This document shows, piece after piece, positions 11,859 through 22,857 of a stretch of DNA of 64,000 bases. The position numbers were made by a program, and so were the translations under genes. This DNA is from Synechococcus sp. Its GTDB lineage: Bacteria > Cyanobacteriota > Cyanobacteriia > PCC-6307 > Cyanobiaceae. The notes under the pieces were generated by a model. It did no database searches, was not told where the DNA came from, and was given only the letters and a program-made list of their open reading frames with translations. Position 1 is the stretch's first letter; each line of letters opens with the position of its first letter. The stretch covers positions 384,136 to 448,135 of the forward strand of contig JBJBDC010000001.1 of NCBI GenBank assembly GCA_047285535.1. Direction: 5' to 3'.

Positions 11859-13055
11859 GTGCCGCGCTTTCTTCACACTGCTGACTGGCAAATCGGCAAG
11901 CCTTATCACTGGATCGAGGATCCTCAAAAGCGGGCCCGTCTTCAGCAAGAACGGTTGAACGCGGTTTCACGTATCGCGCTAGCAGCAAGCGAACAGAATC
12001 TTGATGCAGTGATGGTTGCGGGTGATCTATTTGATTCGAGCACTGTTGCTACGGCCATTGTGATGGAAGTGATGGAAGCGATCGCTTCTATTCCTTGCCC
12101 TGTCATTGTGATTCCTGGAAACCATGACCATGGCGGCGCTGGCGGCATCTGGCAGCGCCGAGATGTCCAACGTCAGCGGCAAGAGCGCTGCCCCAATTTG
12201 CAGCTTTTACTGCAACCTGAGCCGCAGCTTCTTGGCGGAATGGTGCTGCTTCCTTGTCCGTTGTTACGACAAAGGGACATGCGCAGCCCAGCAGACTGGC
12301 TGGAATCACTGGATTGGTCCTGCTTACCGAACGATCAGCCCAGGGTCGTTCTCGCTCATGGCTCCGTACAGGGCTTCGGCTCAGAAGGTCAAGTCAATCA
12401 ATTGCATCTCAATCGTTGGCCTGAAGACCAGGTGGACTACATCGCTTTGGGAGATTGGCATGCCCTCACCAAGCTGAATGCACGCGCTTGGTACAGCGGA
12501 ACCCCGGAAACAGATCGTTTCCCGATACGCCATGACGACCAACGAGCGCAAGCACTTCTAGTGACACTGGAAAGACAACAGATACCGGAGGTCACACCAG
12601 TGTCTACAGGAGCCATGCAATGGCACAGCCTCAAAGCCGAGGTCAGCAGTCATGCAGATCTTCAGTATTTAAAAAAAGAGATCGAATCCTGTGTCAGACG
12701 AAGGGTAGGGAAAGACCTCTTGAGGCTTGAGTTAAGCGGTCAGCTTTCCTTTGAAAATTATCAACATTTGCTGCAGCACTTGCAGGATTTGGAGCAACAA
12801 CTTCTCCACTTGAGAATTCGCGGCATGCCTCAGCGCAGACCAGAATCTGGAGAATTTCGAGGGTTTTTGCAACGGGGCGACGACGCACCCTTGATCCAGT
12901 GCATCACGGAACAGCTTGCCGTTGATCTGGAACACAACGTCGACTCAATGAGCGAAGAAGCACAACCTGAACAGGCCATGCTCGAACTCGCCATGCTGGA
13001 ACTCCAGAGGATCGTGATCGAAGAAGCAACAGATCAGGAGGCTTCATGCGGCTGA
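11859..13055 (+). CDS. sbcD: SbcD/Mre11-family metallophosphoesterase nuclease
   Basis: HTADWQIG, AGDLFD, PGNHD, AHG, LGDWH; GTG start inferred. Confidence 0.85.
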   Translation: MPRFLHTADWQIGKPYHWIEDPQKRARLQQERLNAVSRIALAASEQNLDAVMVAGDLFDSSTVATAIVMEVMEAIASIPCPVIVIPGNHDHGGAGGIWQRRDVQRQRQERCPNLQLLLQPEPQLLGGMVLLPCPLLRQRDMRSPADWLESLDWSCLPNDQPRVVLAHGSVQGFGSEGQVNQLHLNRWPEDQVDYIALGDWHALTKLNARAWYSGTPETDRFPIRHDDQRAQALLVTLERQQIPEVTPVSTGAMQWHSLKAEVSSHADLQYLKKEIESCVRRRVGKDLLRLELSGQLSFENYQHLLQHLQDLEQQLLHLRIRGMPQRRPESGEFRGFLQRGDDAPLIQCITEQLAVDLEHNVDSMSEEAQPEQAMLELAMLELQRIVIEEATDQEASCG

Positions 13056-15697
13056 TTCGCTGTCGATTAGTCAGTGTTCGCAGGCATCAGGAGCTTGAGT
13101 TGGAGTTTGATCCAGGGATCACGTTGATTGGAGGCGACAACGAGAGTGGCAAAAGCTCCTTGGTCGAGGCTTTGCACCGAACACTGTTTGTGCGTGCCGC
13201 CTCAAGTGGGATGGCATCGCAGGATTTGCGCTCCCACATCCATGCAGGACATCCACAAATCAAGATTGAATTCGAATCCAAAGACCATGACTGGACCCTC
13301 CTCAAACGCTTTAGCGGTCCAAGTGGCACGACTCAATTAGCAGCCAAGGGGCAACCGGCTTTGATTGGATCAGCAGCGGAGGATCAACTGTCGGATCTCC
13401 TCGGAGTCAATGAGATCCTCACGAGCCGACAAGTCAATAAAACACTTCCAAGCCGCTGGGCCCATCTCTGGGTGAAGCAGGGGGATTCTGGCCTTAACTT
13501 GCTCAGCCTTGGCCACGATTATTATGACCTCGACAGCTTGATTGAGTGCCTGGAGCAACAGGCTGAGCAATCGCTGCAGTCACCTTTGGATCAGAGGGTT
13601 TACAACCAACTTGAACGCTTGGTTTCCGAGAGCCTGAGTACCAGAGGAGTCCGCCAGCAAAGTGTGCTCTGGAAGCGTCAAGAGGCTTTAAAAGCAGCAA
13701 AGCAACAACACTTTGAAGCCCTCGAGCAGCTCCATGGTTTTGAGGCGTCCTGTCAGGAGCTCGATTCTATTGAGCAGGAGCTAAAAGATTTGGAACAGGA
13801 GCGTTTACCAGAGATCCGAAGGCAACGGAAAGACTTGAGTCAGTTGCAGGAAGCGCTTCAACGACTAAGACCTCTTACCCTTCAATATCAACACCTCGAG
13901 CGGAGTTTCAAGTCCCTCAGGCACATTGCAGCAGATTGCACTACCTATGAAAAAAAACTGAATCTGCTTGAGCAAGAACTTAAAGATCGTGAACAGAATT
14001 GCATCCTTGAAAAAAATCAATTAATTGATTCATATCAGCGAACAGAACAACTAGAGCACAATCGACAAGTCCTAGAAGAAAAGGGTCTGATGCTCAGGCA
14101 AATCAAGGACCGTAATGAAGTCCAGCGGCGCATTCAAATCTGCAGTCATCAAGACAATGAGCGCCAACGTTTGATTGAACAGCAACGCAACATCAATATG
14201 GAACTCACTGCTTTTCAAGGAGGTAGCAACGAAGAACTTCTTGAATTGACCAAAACCAGAGATGAACTTCGTGCCGTGGCAATTCGTATTGAGAGCATGG
14301 CATCTCAAGTCTTGGTGGAATCAACAGATCAACCTATTTACATTGATGGCTCAACTCTGCAGCAAGGTGATGTCTGTGAGCAAGCAGGCATCTTTCGAAT
14401 CGATGTTGGAGACTCTGTACGACTGAAGATCAGTCCTGGTGAAGGAACAGGACTCTCTTCTCTTCAGGAGAAACAAAGGAGACTGCAAAAAATACTCAAA
14501 ACAGGTTTGCAGCATTGGAAATCAAGCTCGATCGAGGAAGCCCAACAGCGGAACGAACGACGTCAGCACCTTCACCAGCAACGAGCGTTGGTTAAGGCTC
14601 AATTAACTCAGCTGAATGCTTCTCCAGAGACTGCTGACATGAACCTCAATGATTTACACACCCGGCTGGATGAACTCAACAAAGTTATTTCCTCTAACAG
14701 TTTTAAATCAGATACAGGTCTTGAAGCAGAGTTGGAACAATGCAGGCAGGATTACCGTGAGTTGAAAGAACAAACTAAGACCCATCAAAAGTATGTTCAC
14801 AGTCTAGAAGTTCAACAGAAAGACCAGCAGCAGCAATGGCAGCAAAAGCGCATTCATCAAGAGCGACTTAAGGCGGAACAAGAACAGCGATATAACCAAC
14901 GTCAATTGATTGAAAAAGAGGCAGGATCGCAAGCGCAACTCGAGCAATCAATGCAAGATTTGATATCGCAAAAAATCAAGTTGGAGGAATACATTCAGGT
15001 ACTTCTCCTGCCAATTCCAACCCAATGGCAATCTGATCCAAAAGCAGCTTTACTGACCCTTGATCGCCTGGAACACCAGTTCAATGAGCAACGGTTGGAC
15101 CTGGTAAGTCGACGTGGTGCTTTGTATGAACGTTGCGATTCTCTTGGGCAAAGTGATCTTCACTCAGCTGTATCTGAGGCCTCTGTCAAACTCGAATTGG
15201 CAGAGCAGGCAGAACAGCGAGAAGCTCTGTTGGTTCGCGCCCGGAGCTATCTTCTGGAACGATTTCAGAAAGCTCGAAGTGATCTGTCTCAGCGCTATTC
15301 TGCTCCTTTAAAAAATAACATTGATGAGGTTCTTAAGCCTTTATTGAAGGACACGTCGCAAGAATGTTCCCTCACCTATGACGAGCGAAATGGGCTGCAA
15401 AAGCTTGCTCTGCTTCGTGAAGGAACTCTTTTTGAATTTCACCAGCTCAGTGGTGGAATGAAAGAACAATTGAATGCAGCTGTACGCATTGCGATTGCTG
15501 ACACTCTGAAAGAAAGGCATGATGGCTGTGTTCCATTGCTTTTTGATGATGCTTTCACAAACACCGATGCGAAACGTTTGCACGGTGTGTTGGCAATGCT
15601 TCAGAAAGCGGTACAAAGGGGATTGCAGGTGATTATCTTGAGCTGTGATCCAGAGCCTTACAAGGCTATCGCTAATAAGGTGATTATGATTGATTAA
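13046..15697 (+). CDS. sbcC: SbcC/YhaN-like SMC-type ATPase
   Basis: Walker A GDNESGKSS, long coiled coil, LSGG signature, LLFDDAF Walker B; overlaps the nuclease gene. Confidence 0.8.
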   Translation: MRLIRCRLVSVRRHQELELEFDPGITLIGGDNESGKSSLVEALHRTLFVRAASSGMASQDLRSHIHAGHPQIKIEFESKDHDWTLLKRFSGPSGTTQLAAKGQPALIGSAAEDQLSDLLGVNEILTSRQVNKTLPSRWAHLWVKQGDSGLNLLSLGHDYYDLDSLIECLEQQAEQSLQSPLDQRVYNQLERLVSESLSTRGVRQQSVLWKRQEALKAAKQQHFEALEQLHGFEASCQELDSIEQELKDLEQERLPEIRRQRKDLSQLQEALQRLRPLTLQYQHLERSFKSLRHIAADCTTYEKKLNLLEQELKDREQNCILEKNQLIDSYQRTEQLEHNRQVLEEKGLMLRQIKDRNEVQRRIQICSHQDNERQRLIEQQRNINMELTAFQGGSNEELLELTKTRDELRAVAIRIESMASQVLVESTDQPIYIDGSTLQQGDVCEQAGIFRIDVGDSVRLKISPGEGTGLSSLQEKQRRLQKILKTGLQHWKSSSIEEAQQRNERRQHLHQQRALVKAQLTQLNASPETADMNLNDLHTRLDELNKVISSNSFKSDTGLEAELEQCRQDYRELKEQTKTHQKYVHSLEVQQKDQQQQWQQKRIHQERLKAEQEQRYNQRQLIEKEAGSQAQLEQSMQDLISQKIKLEEYIQVLLLPIPTQWQSDPKAALLTLDRLEHQFNEQRLDLVSRRGALYERCDSLGQSDLHSAVSEASVKLELAEQAEQREALLVRARSYLLERFQKARSDLSQRYSAPLKNNIDEVLKPLLKDTSQECSLTYDERNGLQKLALLREGTLFEFHQLSGGMKEQLNAAVRIAIADTLKERHDGCVPLLFDDAFTNTDAKRLHGVLAMLQKAVQRGLQVIILSCDPEPYKAIANKVIMID

Positions 15698-17226
15698 AGT
15701 GCGTTTTCAATCACATTCATGGCTCGTAGATAGGCAGGTGGATCATTATCAACCTCCATATCCTCCAGGCCTGAATCTCCTCGAATCAGGCGGCGGGCAT
15801 TATCTGCAATGACAGCATTCACTAATAAATCCATCGCTTCAGGTTGTTCAAGATTCTGAATAGCTTCGGCGTATCGACGGCTGTGGGTGGGGCGAACAGA
15901 TTCCTGACAATAAGTTGATAATTGGCGGCTATCAGTCATCACTGAAAAAGCAACTTCTTTGGTAGCTTGTCGCCCATAGATTGCCATATAGAGCAAATTA
16001 ATCATTGACGCATCGTGCACAGGGATTGAATACTTACGCGCAATCTGTGGCCAGTAACGTAGAGCCTTCAATCCTTCTAAGCCACCTTTGCGTAAGCCTG
16101 CTGACTCGCACCAGGACTCCAATTCTTCCATGCTGTGTGGACATCGATTTTCGGTGTGCATCAGGTTTGAGAGCACCTGACCAACCTGAAAGTTTCTCGT
16201 GGGTGTACCCGAAACAGGCATCATCATGCTGCCTCGAACATCGGCGACCATCGCCGTGAGTTGGGCAAATGTATGGTCACGAACTTTTTCCATGTCCCCT
16301 TCGCGCACAAGAGCAGCTTCAATTCTGGGAACGCCGTAACCAAGTTCTGTGAGTGAAAACGGCTGCCGGTTGTAAAGTCGTTGACGATCGCGTCTCGCCA
16401 TCGATACTGTGGCAGCTTGATCTAAACATTGATCAAGAAGAAGCGTGAGCAACGTTGGCAGTACTCCAGGATTGTCCTGGTGAAAGGAGTAACCAAAGCC
16501 TGCAAAAACAGAAGCCATATTTTTCGCGGCCTTGATGTACTGGCCTTCCACGTTGTGCACTCCCGGTGAAACCTGGATGTTGGGCGAGAGTCGGTCGAGC
16601 AAACGCGCACCCAGTAAGGCCGTGAGTGCATTGGGATGACAGAAATTTGCTGTGAAACTGTCGAGAGGATTTCGCAATGCTCCATGACGATGAAAACCTG
16701 AGAAAAAAGCCAAATTTGGCTCTTTCTCACAAAGAACGTAAGACTCATTGGCGATGTGGTCATGACCAAAAGACCCAGCTAGACAGGCAATGACGACTTG
16801 CTCTCTTCCTAGCTCCTGACGCAACCTGCAGGCCTGACGCAGATCGTCTTCGACGTGATTGCTATTGGCACTGAGGATCACCAGCTCGCAGCGCAGTAAA
16901 AGGTCAGCTAATTCATTGGGTACTGGCTTACCGCCGCGCCGATGGGTTGCCATCGCCTCAATCGTTGCCACATGGACTTCATCCATGCCTTGAATCACAT
17001 CATCTGGGAACGCGCCAAGCAAGTTCCGACCTGGTCGCGGAGCCAGTAAGAGGTGCCCAGCGCTATTTTTTTGCATTGCGCAGTTGTAGGCAAGAGAGGC
17101 GGGATAGAGCCCAACGCTGTAGAGCCCAACCTTTCCTTTTTCCAACTCCAGGATGCGGAGGTTGATGGCCTCCCGGTCAAGAGACGGGGAGAAAAATGAA
17201 TTGCTCTTCAGCACCGTGTTCATCAT
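15694..17226 (-). CDS. Divergent NAD(P)-dependent glycerol-3-phosphate dehydrogenase-like protein
   Basis: AAKNMASVFAG and TRNFQVG resemble GpsA ALKN..AIAAG and SRN..G; next to stpA. Confidence 0.5.
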   Translation of the reverse strand: MMNTVLKSNSFFSPSLDREAINLRILELEKGKVGLYSVGLYPASLAYNCAMQKNSAGHLLLAPRPGRNLLGAFPDDVIQGMDEVHVATIEAMATHRRGGKPVPNELADLLLRCELVILSANSNHVEDDLRQACRLRQELGREQVVIACLAGSFGHDHIANESYVLCEKEPNLAFFSGFHRHGALRNPLDSFTANFCHPNALTALLGARLLDRLSPNIQVSPGVHNVEGQYIKAAKNMASVFAGFGYSFHQDNPGVLPTLLTLLLDQCLDQAATVSMARRDRQRLYNRQPFSLTELGYGVPRIEAALVREGDMEKVRDHTFAQLTAMVADVRGSMMMPVSGTPTRNFQVGQVLSNLMHTENRCPHSMEELESWCESAGLRKGGLEGLKALRYWPQIARKYSIPVHDASMINLLYMAIYGRQATKEVAFSVMTDSRQLSTYCQESVRPTHSRRYAEAIQNLEQPEAMDLLVNAVIADNARRLIRGDSGLEDMEVDNDPPAYLRAMNVIENAL

Positions 17227-18071
17227 CCCACCTCGTTGCTGACCTCAAGACTAATGAAGGACTTGCAGTGGATGAATCGAAAGCCTAGGGATGATGTCAT
17301 GGTTGCTCCCGATCTTATGAGATCGTCGACTGATTCAACGTTTAACTTCCGCTGCTTCAATCGAATTAGCAATAGCACTTTCTAGTACATGGCACAGCTT
17401 AATTTCGCCTTCCAAGCCACTTGAATATTGATCTGATGATTGTTATTCAAGCTTTTGATTCAGCAGCGATTTATAGCTGAATAATGAAGTCAATGGCATG
17501 ACCCAAAGCCAAGCCGTTAAGGTGAATGCTTTTGAAGGTAAGACTAGATATAAAGCTGATGTGATGCCTTGAAATTTGTATTCAGTCGATCAGTGTTCTG
17601 GTGTCCATCAGTTTTTTCTTGCAATAAGATGCTACGGAAAAACTTGAAGGTCAATTCATGGTTGGCAAGTCATTGTTGACTTCCAACTCTACGTGATAAT
17701 TGTTTGCTTCATTCACAGTTTTGAGTCAGGGGGCTTCCTCATCTTATGACCTTGCTCGAGAGCCAATCACAAAGTGATCATTCCTTTGCGGATCTGACTG
17801 AAGGGTTGATGATTGTGTCATTCAGCTCTACCTGGCCTCTTTACCTAAGTCCTGTCCGTGAATTGATCTGGATCCCTATCCAAGACGACGTACTATCGAG
17901 AATCCTGGTCAGACAATGCCCTACTTTTCAAGCATCCAGACGGCAAAGTTGAGTTTTCTTGCTCCTCAGAAGCATTTCAGACCATCAGTTCATCATTAAA
18001 ATCTGCGCTCTTACCGTGGCGTTCTTGAGCGGTGTTCCTCTCCACTGTCCAATAAGTACTTTTTTGCACCC

Positions 18072-19292
18072 ATGACACCACTAAGCCTTGATGCACTCCG
18101 TGACGAAATGATTGGGGCGAATGACTTGCTGATTGTGCAGGATCTCGATGGTGTTTGCATGCCTCTCGTGAAAGATCCGCTCACAAGGAGTCTTCGTGCT
18201 GACTATGTGCATGCAGTATCCGTCATGCAAAACCACTTCTGCGTGCTCACGAATGGGGAGCATGAGGGCAGGCGTGGTGTTAATCGATTGGTTGAAAAGG
18301 CCTTAGGTGACGATCAATTGGCACAACAGAAGGGCCTCTATCTTCCAGGATTAGCAGCAGGTGGAGTTCAATTTCAGGATCGATTCGGAACGGTCTCACA
18401 TCCTGGCGTCAGCGAAGAGGAAATGAGTTTTCTCGAATCTGTTCCAAAGCAGATGGAAGAACTCTTGCGCTTGAAGTTAAATGAGATCATGCCTGAGCTC
18501 CAAGGCTCTGCTCTTGATGAAGAACTGAATCTTGCAATTCTTGATACTCAAGTTTCCCCGACCATCAATCTAAATAGTCTCTTCAGTATGATCAATGGCG
18601 ATGTGCAACGCCAAAGACAGCTGCAATTGATGTTGTCTGATCTGATGGTATCCATTATCAATGTTGCGACATCGTCGGGATTGCCAAGCTCATTTTTTCT
18701 GCATGTGGCACCCAATCTTGGATGTGACTCCTTCGGCCAAGAAAGGATTAAACCTGCAGAGATTGGGGATGTAGGTACAACTGATATTCAATTTATGCTG
18801 AGAGGCGCCATTAAAGAGGTGGGCCTACTTGTTCTGATCAATCAACACATTGCTCAAAGGACTGGTAAAGCACCGCTTGGTGACACTTTTAATGTGCGCT
18901 CCGCTCCCCATACGCATCAAGCCCTCCTGGAACTCTGTCATCGGCATATTGACCGCAGGGACATGCCCATGCTGGTCGGAGTTGGTGACACCGTGACATC
19001 CACCCCTTGTCCATCGGGAGAAGGGTGGCTGCGAGGCGGAAGTGATAGAGGATTTCTCACCTTGCTGCAAGAACTGAGCGCAAGTTATGACTGCCCTGGT
19101 CGCGTTGTTCTTGTTGATAGCAGTCATGGTGAAGTTGATCGTCCGAGTCTGAGTGACGACAATCTTGTGGGCATTAGCGATCCGCAGGATCCACTGCGCT
19201 TTGACTGCCTGGTCAAGGGAGGTCCGCAGGATTATGTCGAATGGTTTAAAACTCTGGCTGATCAAATAAATGGGTTCGCATGCAACTCATGA
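18072..19292 (+). CDS. stpA: Glucosylglycerol-phosphate phosphatase
   Basis: QDLDGVCM, LTNGEHEG, GVGDTVTS, RGGSDRGFL. Confidence 0.9.
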   Translation: MTPLSLDALRDEMIGANDLLIVQDLDGVCMPLVKDPLTRSLRADYVHAVSVMQNHFCVLTNGEHEGRRGVNRLVEKALGDDQLAQQKGLYLPGLAAGGVQFQDRFGTVSHPGVSEEEMSFLESVPKQMEELLRLKLNEIMPELQGSALDEELNLAILDTQVSPTINLNSLFSMINGDVQRQRQLQLMLSDLMVSIINVATSSGLPSSFFLHVAPNLGCDSFGQERIKPAEIGDVGTTDIQFMLRGAIKEVGLLVLINQHIAQRTGKAPLGDTFNVRSAPHTHQALLELCHRHIDRRDMPMLVGVGDTVTSTPCPSGEGWLRGGSDRGFLTLLQELSASYDCPGRVVLVDSSHGEVDRPSLSDDNLVGISDPQDPLRFDCLVKGGPQDYVEWFKTLADQINGFACNS

Positions 19293-20220
19293 CTGTTTTC
19301 TCAGTTCACATGTTCATTCTCTGGTGAAATTAATGATCTGATTTTTGTTTAAGATTATCAGGGATGGAGTTTTTGTCTGAGGGTTCGAGACCTGTTAGTC
19401 TTTCATGATCGAAAGAAGAGTGCATTGTTTGATGATTTAATTGAGTATTAATGGTTGAGCGTTAAGCGTATTTAATGATTTACGCTTTTTGATTGATAGT
19501 TTTTGGCATGTATGGTTTTGTCTTTGGGTGTCAGGCATGCAAAGAGTCGCCTATCGATTATGCATACTGTTGGCCAGTCAGGAACTTGATAGTCACTTTT
19601 GAAGCCACTAATCCAGTGTCTAGACAGACTTTTTGGACAGGACTAAGTCTTTACGTCTAAATCAAAAACCTGAGTCTTGTCTCAAATGTGATCGTTATAG
19701 AGGGCCGTATCCTGAGGGCTAAATTCTATCCAAGTTTATCATTGAATTCATGAGTAGTACGCATGAATTGATTTGGATTCATGCTTGATATGCATGGATC
19801 TGCGAAACTCATGCATCTACGAATTATTGTATTGCTTCCCTTTAGGCTGATCAGTACAAGTGTGCCGAATGATGGCTTCAGTTAGTTGCTGAATCCATAG
19901 TCATTTCGGTCAATATCTGCCGTTGATTGATTGTTGCTTAACCTAGTGTTGTGATGAAGACGTCGATTAATAACCAGAAAGGCTTAATGGTATAGAACAA
20001 GCCAGTGATATCCGCGCCATAACAATTGCATACCATGAGTCAACAGTACTTCGATCCATGTTTTTGCGATGCAAATCGATGTCTTGTTTGATTCGCAAGT
20101 AGTCAGCCTAAAGAGACGCTGCCTGATATTCAATCAATGAGCTGAATCTTAAGGTTGAGCGTGTTATCCAACTAAATCCAACCCTGTCGTTGGTTCTTTG
20201 TCAGAATTTAGGCACGACGC

Positions 20221-21207
20221 ATGCATTTCACCCTGGCTTCCACTGAGCACCAGCTTTCCCAGAGCGCCAGCATCTTTCCGGCGATGAACCGTGAAGAACT
20301 TCAAACGCTTCAAGTCAACCTTGGCTATCGCTGCAATCAGAGTTGCAGTCACTGTCATGTCAACGCAGGGCCATGGCGAAATGAAATGATGCCTAAGGAT
20401 CAGATTGAACTCATTCCTAGGGTGCTTCAGGCTCTTGGCCTCAACTGCTTGGATCTAACTGGCGGTGCTCCGGAACTGCATCCTTATTTCAAATCCTTAG
20501 TACGTCAGGCAAGAAGACTTGGGGTCCAAGTCATTGATCGCTGTAATCTCACGATCCTCACTGAACCAGAACAGGAAGGTTTAGCTGAATTTTTGGCCCA
20601 TGAAGAAGTCAAAGTGGTGGCCTCTCTTCCATGTTTTGAACAAGACCAGGTGGATCGCCAACGAGGTTTTGGAGTGTTTCAGCGCAGCATTGCTGCTCTT
20701 CGCTCTCTCAATGAACTTGGTTATGCAATGCCTAACAGCAAGTTGGAGCTGGATTTAGTTTTTAATCCAGCAGGAACTCAGCTACCTCCAGCGCAAGCAG
20801 AATTGGAGGTCTTGTATCGCAAAAATCTACTTCAAAATTACGGCATTCATTTTACTAGGTTGTTAACCATCACAAATATGCCGATACAGAGATTCGCCCA
20901 AACGTTAGAAGCTCTAGGAGAATTAGAATCGTATCAATCTCTGTTGCGCAAGGCTCATCGTGAGGAGAATCTTAGTTCTGTGATGTGTAAAAGTCTAATT
21001 AGTGTTGGATGGACAGGCACCTTATTTGACTGCGACTTTAATCAGCAATTGGATATCCCTGTGACTTCAGGACCTAGGACTTTGAGTGAGTTACTTAATC
21101 AGAGTGATCGACTCAATGGGCTACCAATCGCAGTCGCATCACATTGTTATGGATGTACCGCCGGTGGAGGCTCCAGCTGCAACGGAGCACTCAATCCAGT
21201 TCAGTGA
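20221..21207 (+). CDS. arsS: Radical SAM/Cys-rich protein (ArsS family)
   Basis: CNQSCSHC, DLTGGAPELH, DCDFNQ, C-terminal HCYGCTAGGGSSC. Confidence 0.85.
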   Translation: MHFTLASTEHQLSQSASIFPAMNREELQTLQVNLGYRCNQSCSHCHVNAGPWRNEMMPKDQIELIPRVLQALGLNCLDLTGGAPELHPYFKSLVRQARRLGVQVIDRCNLTILTEPEQEGLAEFLAHEEVKVVASLPCFEQDQVDRQRGFGVFQRSIAALRSLNELGYAMPNSKLELDLVFNPAGTQLPPAQAELEVLYRKNLLQNYGIHFTRLLTITNMPIQRFAQTLEALGELESYQSLLRKAHREENLSSVMCKSLISVGWTGTLFDCDFNQQLDIPVTSGPRTLSELLNQSDRLNGLPIAVASHCYGCTAGGGSSCNGALNPVQ

Positions 21208-22055
21208 AGTAGTGATTCATAATTGTCGTCTTGACTTTCTCCTCAATTGACGTGACATCTGATGGAGCATCCATTGCTCCACTTGGTTTGGTTCCAAGGT
21301 TTTTCGGCTTCTTGAATTGATCTGTTCCGTTCTGTTTCGTCTTGTTGAATTTGCCAAGGATGTATGGCTTGAGTTGTATTTTGGAATATTTTTATGGTTT
21401 TAATTTTGTTGGTCTGCATTGATTGCTTCGTCATTGATCTTGGTCAATGGCAATTGCAAGCAGCCTGAAGACTCGTGTCTGTTCTTTGTCTGGCAAGTTT
21501 ATGCTTGCCAGCTGTTTAACTCTTTTGGGTGTACTATTTTATATTCTATGCCTTTTTATTGGTCTGATCGATTTTCATCTCTTCCTCTCATCAGCAGCGG
21601 TTTGAGTGCCCTGTGTAGTGCTTTGATTGATTGTGTATAGATTTCTTAATCACTGTCGCCTTTCGGAGAGTGTTACTTCTGCAATTTGGCTTTCTTTGGG
21701 TCGTTTTTGATATTTTGACTCACTTATTCGGGTGCTTGTTTGGTCTTTCTTTTGATCAGTTCGAATTCTCTGGATGATTATTTGGCTTTCCCCCCTTTTT
21801 GTTTTCTTTGTTTTAGTAAGACACCTTTCTGTCTTGAATTTCCTATTCTTTTTGTCTGACAAGAGGTTGGTGGTCAAAATGATGTGTCTCATGGTATCCA
21901 CTGCCTTTTTGTATGAGTTTTTATGCTTTTTGTCCTCTGCCTCTTGTTGTAGTCCTGATTTAAAATGATATTTGCACAGAATGGGTTGGATTAAATGGAT
22001 GAAACCATTGACTCACATGACCTTTTTTATTCTTCCCAAGTTGGCTTGGCTGACG

Positions 22056-22328
22056 CTATAGGTCTTGACTTGGTTGATCGATCACGACTGAGGCAGGTGT
22101 GAATAAAAACACTTGCTCTCCAACACGCCGCTCTTGGCCGTGAAGGGCGTTGACACCACCGGATACAAAGTCAGCAGTCCGCTGTGCGAGTTGTGGGTCC
22201 ATGTTGGAAAGATTGAGCAGCACAGTGCGTTGCTCACGTAAGGCTACTAACGCGCTCAGACCTTCCTCTAATCTCTGAGGAGTAAGAACAAGGATTTCAT
22301 TAAAGTTTGAAACAGCTGAGAGCTCCAT
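22056..22328 (-). CDS. sepF: SepF-like protein (short paralog)
   Basis: VLLNL...AQRTADFVSGG...VFLFTP. Confidence 0.75.
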   Translation of the reverse strand: MELSAVSNFNEILVLTPQRLEEGLSALVALREQRTVLLNLSNMDPQLAQRTADFVSGGVNALHGQERRVGEQVFLFTPASVVIDQPSQDL

Positions 22329-22383
22329 AGCGACTAGCTTGACGGATTTTTCTCATCACCACAAGAGAAGTAATAATTAATGC

Positions 22384-22857
22384 ATGACTGAACCCGACCC
22401 CAAGACCACCGCTGGACATTGCGGTACAAAGCCCAAGAGATTTGCCATTGGTATTGCTCCACTTGGAACCGTTTCCATCGGTGTGGTCCCGATGGGTGTC
22501 ATCTGCATTGGTGTGGTGCCTATGGGAGTTGTCTCAATTGGCATTGTCGCTATGGGCGTGATCAACCTCTCTGTGGTTGGAATGGGCCTGTTGGCGATTG
22601 GGGTTAATACCATGGGAATCTGGACGTCTGGACCGATGAGCATGGGACTTGTGCAATTGGGAAAGACCAATTCAGCTCACAATTCTCATCATCATGGCCA
22701 CTCAAGCCAGCCCTCAGAGGTTGATGATCCTCGGTTCATGGCCTACCCCACAAGGGAAGAAGCAGAAGCACAAGCACTCTCTCAAGGATGTAAGGGTGTT
22801 CACGCGATGGGTGACTTCTGGATGCCCTGTGCAGAACATCCAAGTAGTGATCACTGA
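22384..22857 (+). CDS. Gly-pentapeptide-repeat protein with His-rich linker and DUF3721-like C-terminus
   Basis: About 12 xxGxx repeats, HNSHHHGH, YPTREEAE...GCKGVH.MG..WMPC. Confidence 0.7.
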   Translation: MTEPDPKTTAGHCGTKPKRFAIGIAPLGTVSIGVVPMGVICIGVVPMGVVSIGIVAMGVINLSVVGMGLLAIGVNTMGIWTSGPMSMGLVQLGKTNSAHNSHHHGHSSQPSEVDDPRFMAYPTREEAEAQALSQGCKGVHAMGDFWMPCAEHPSSDH

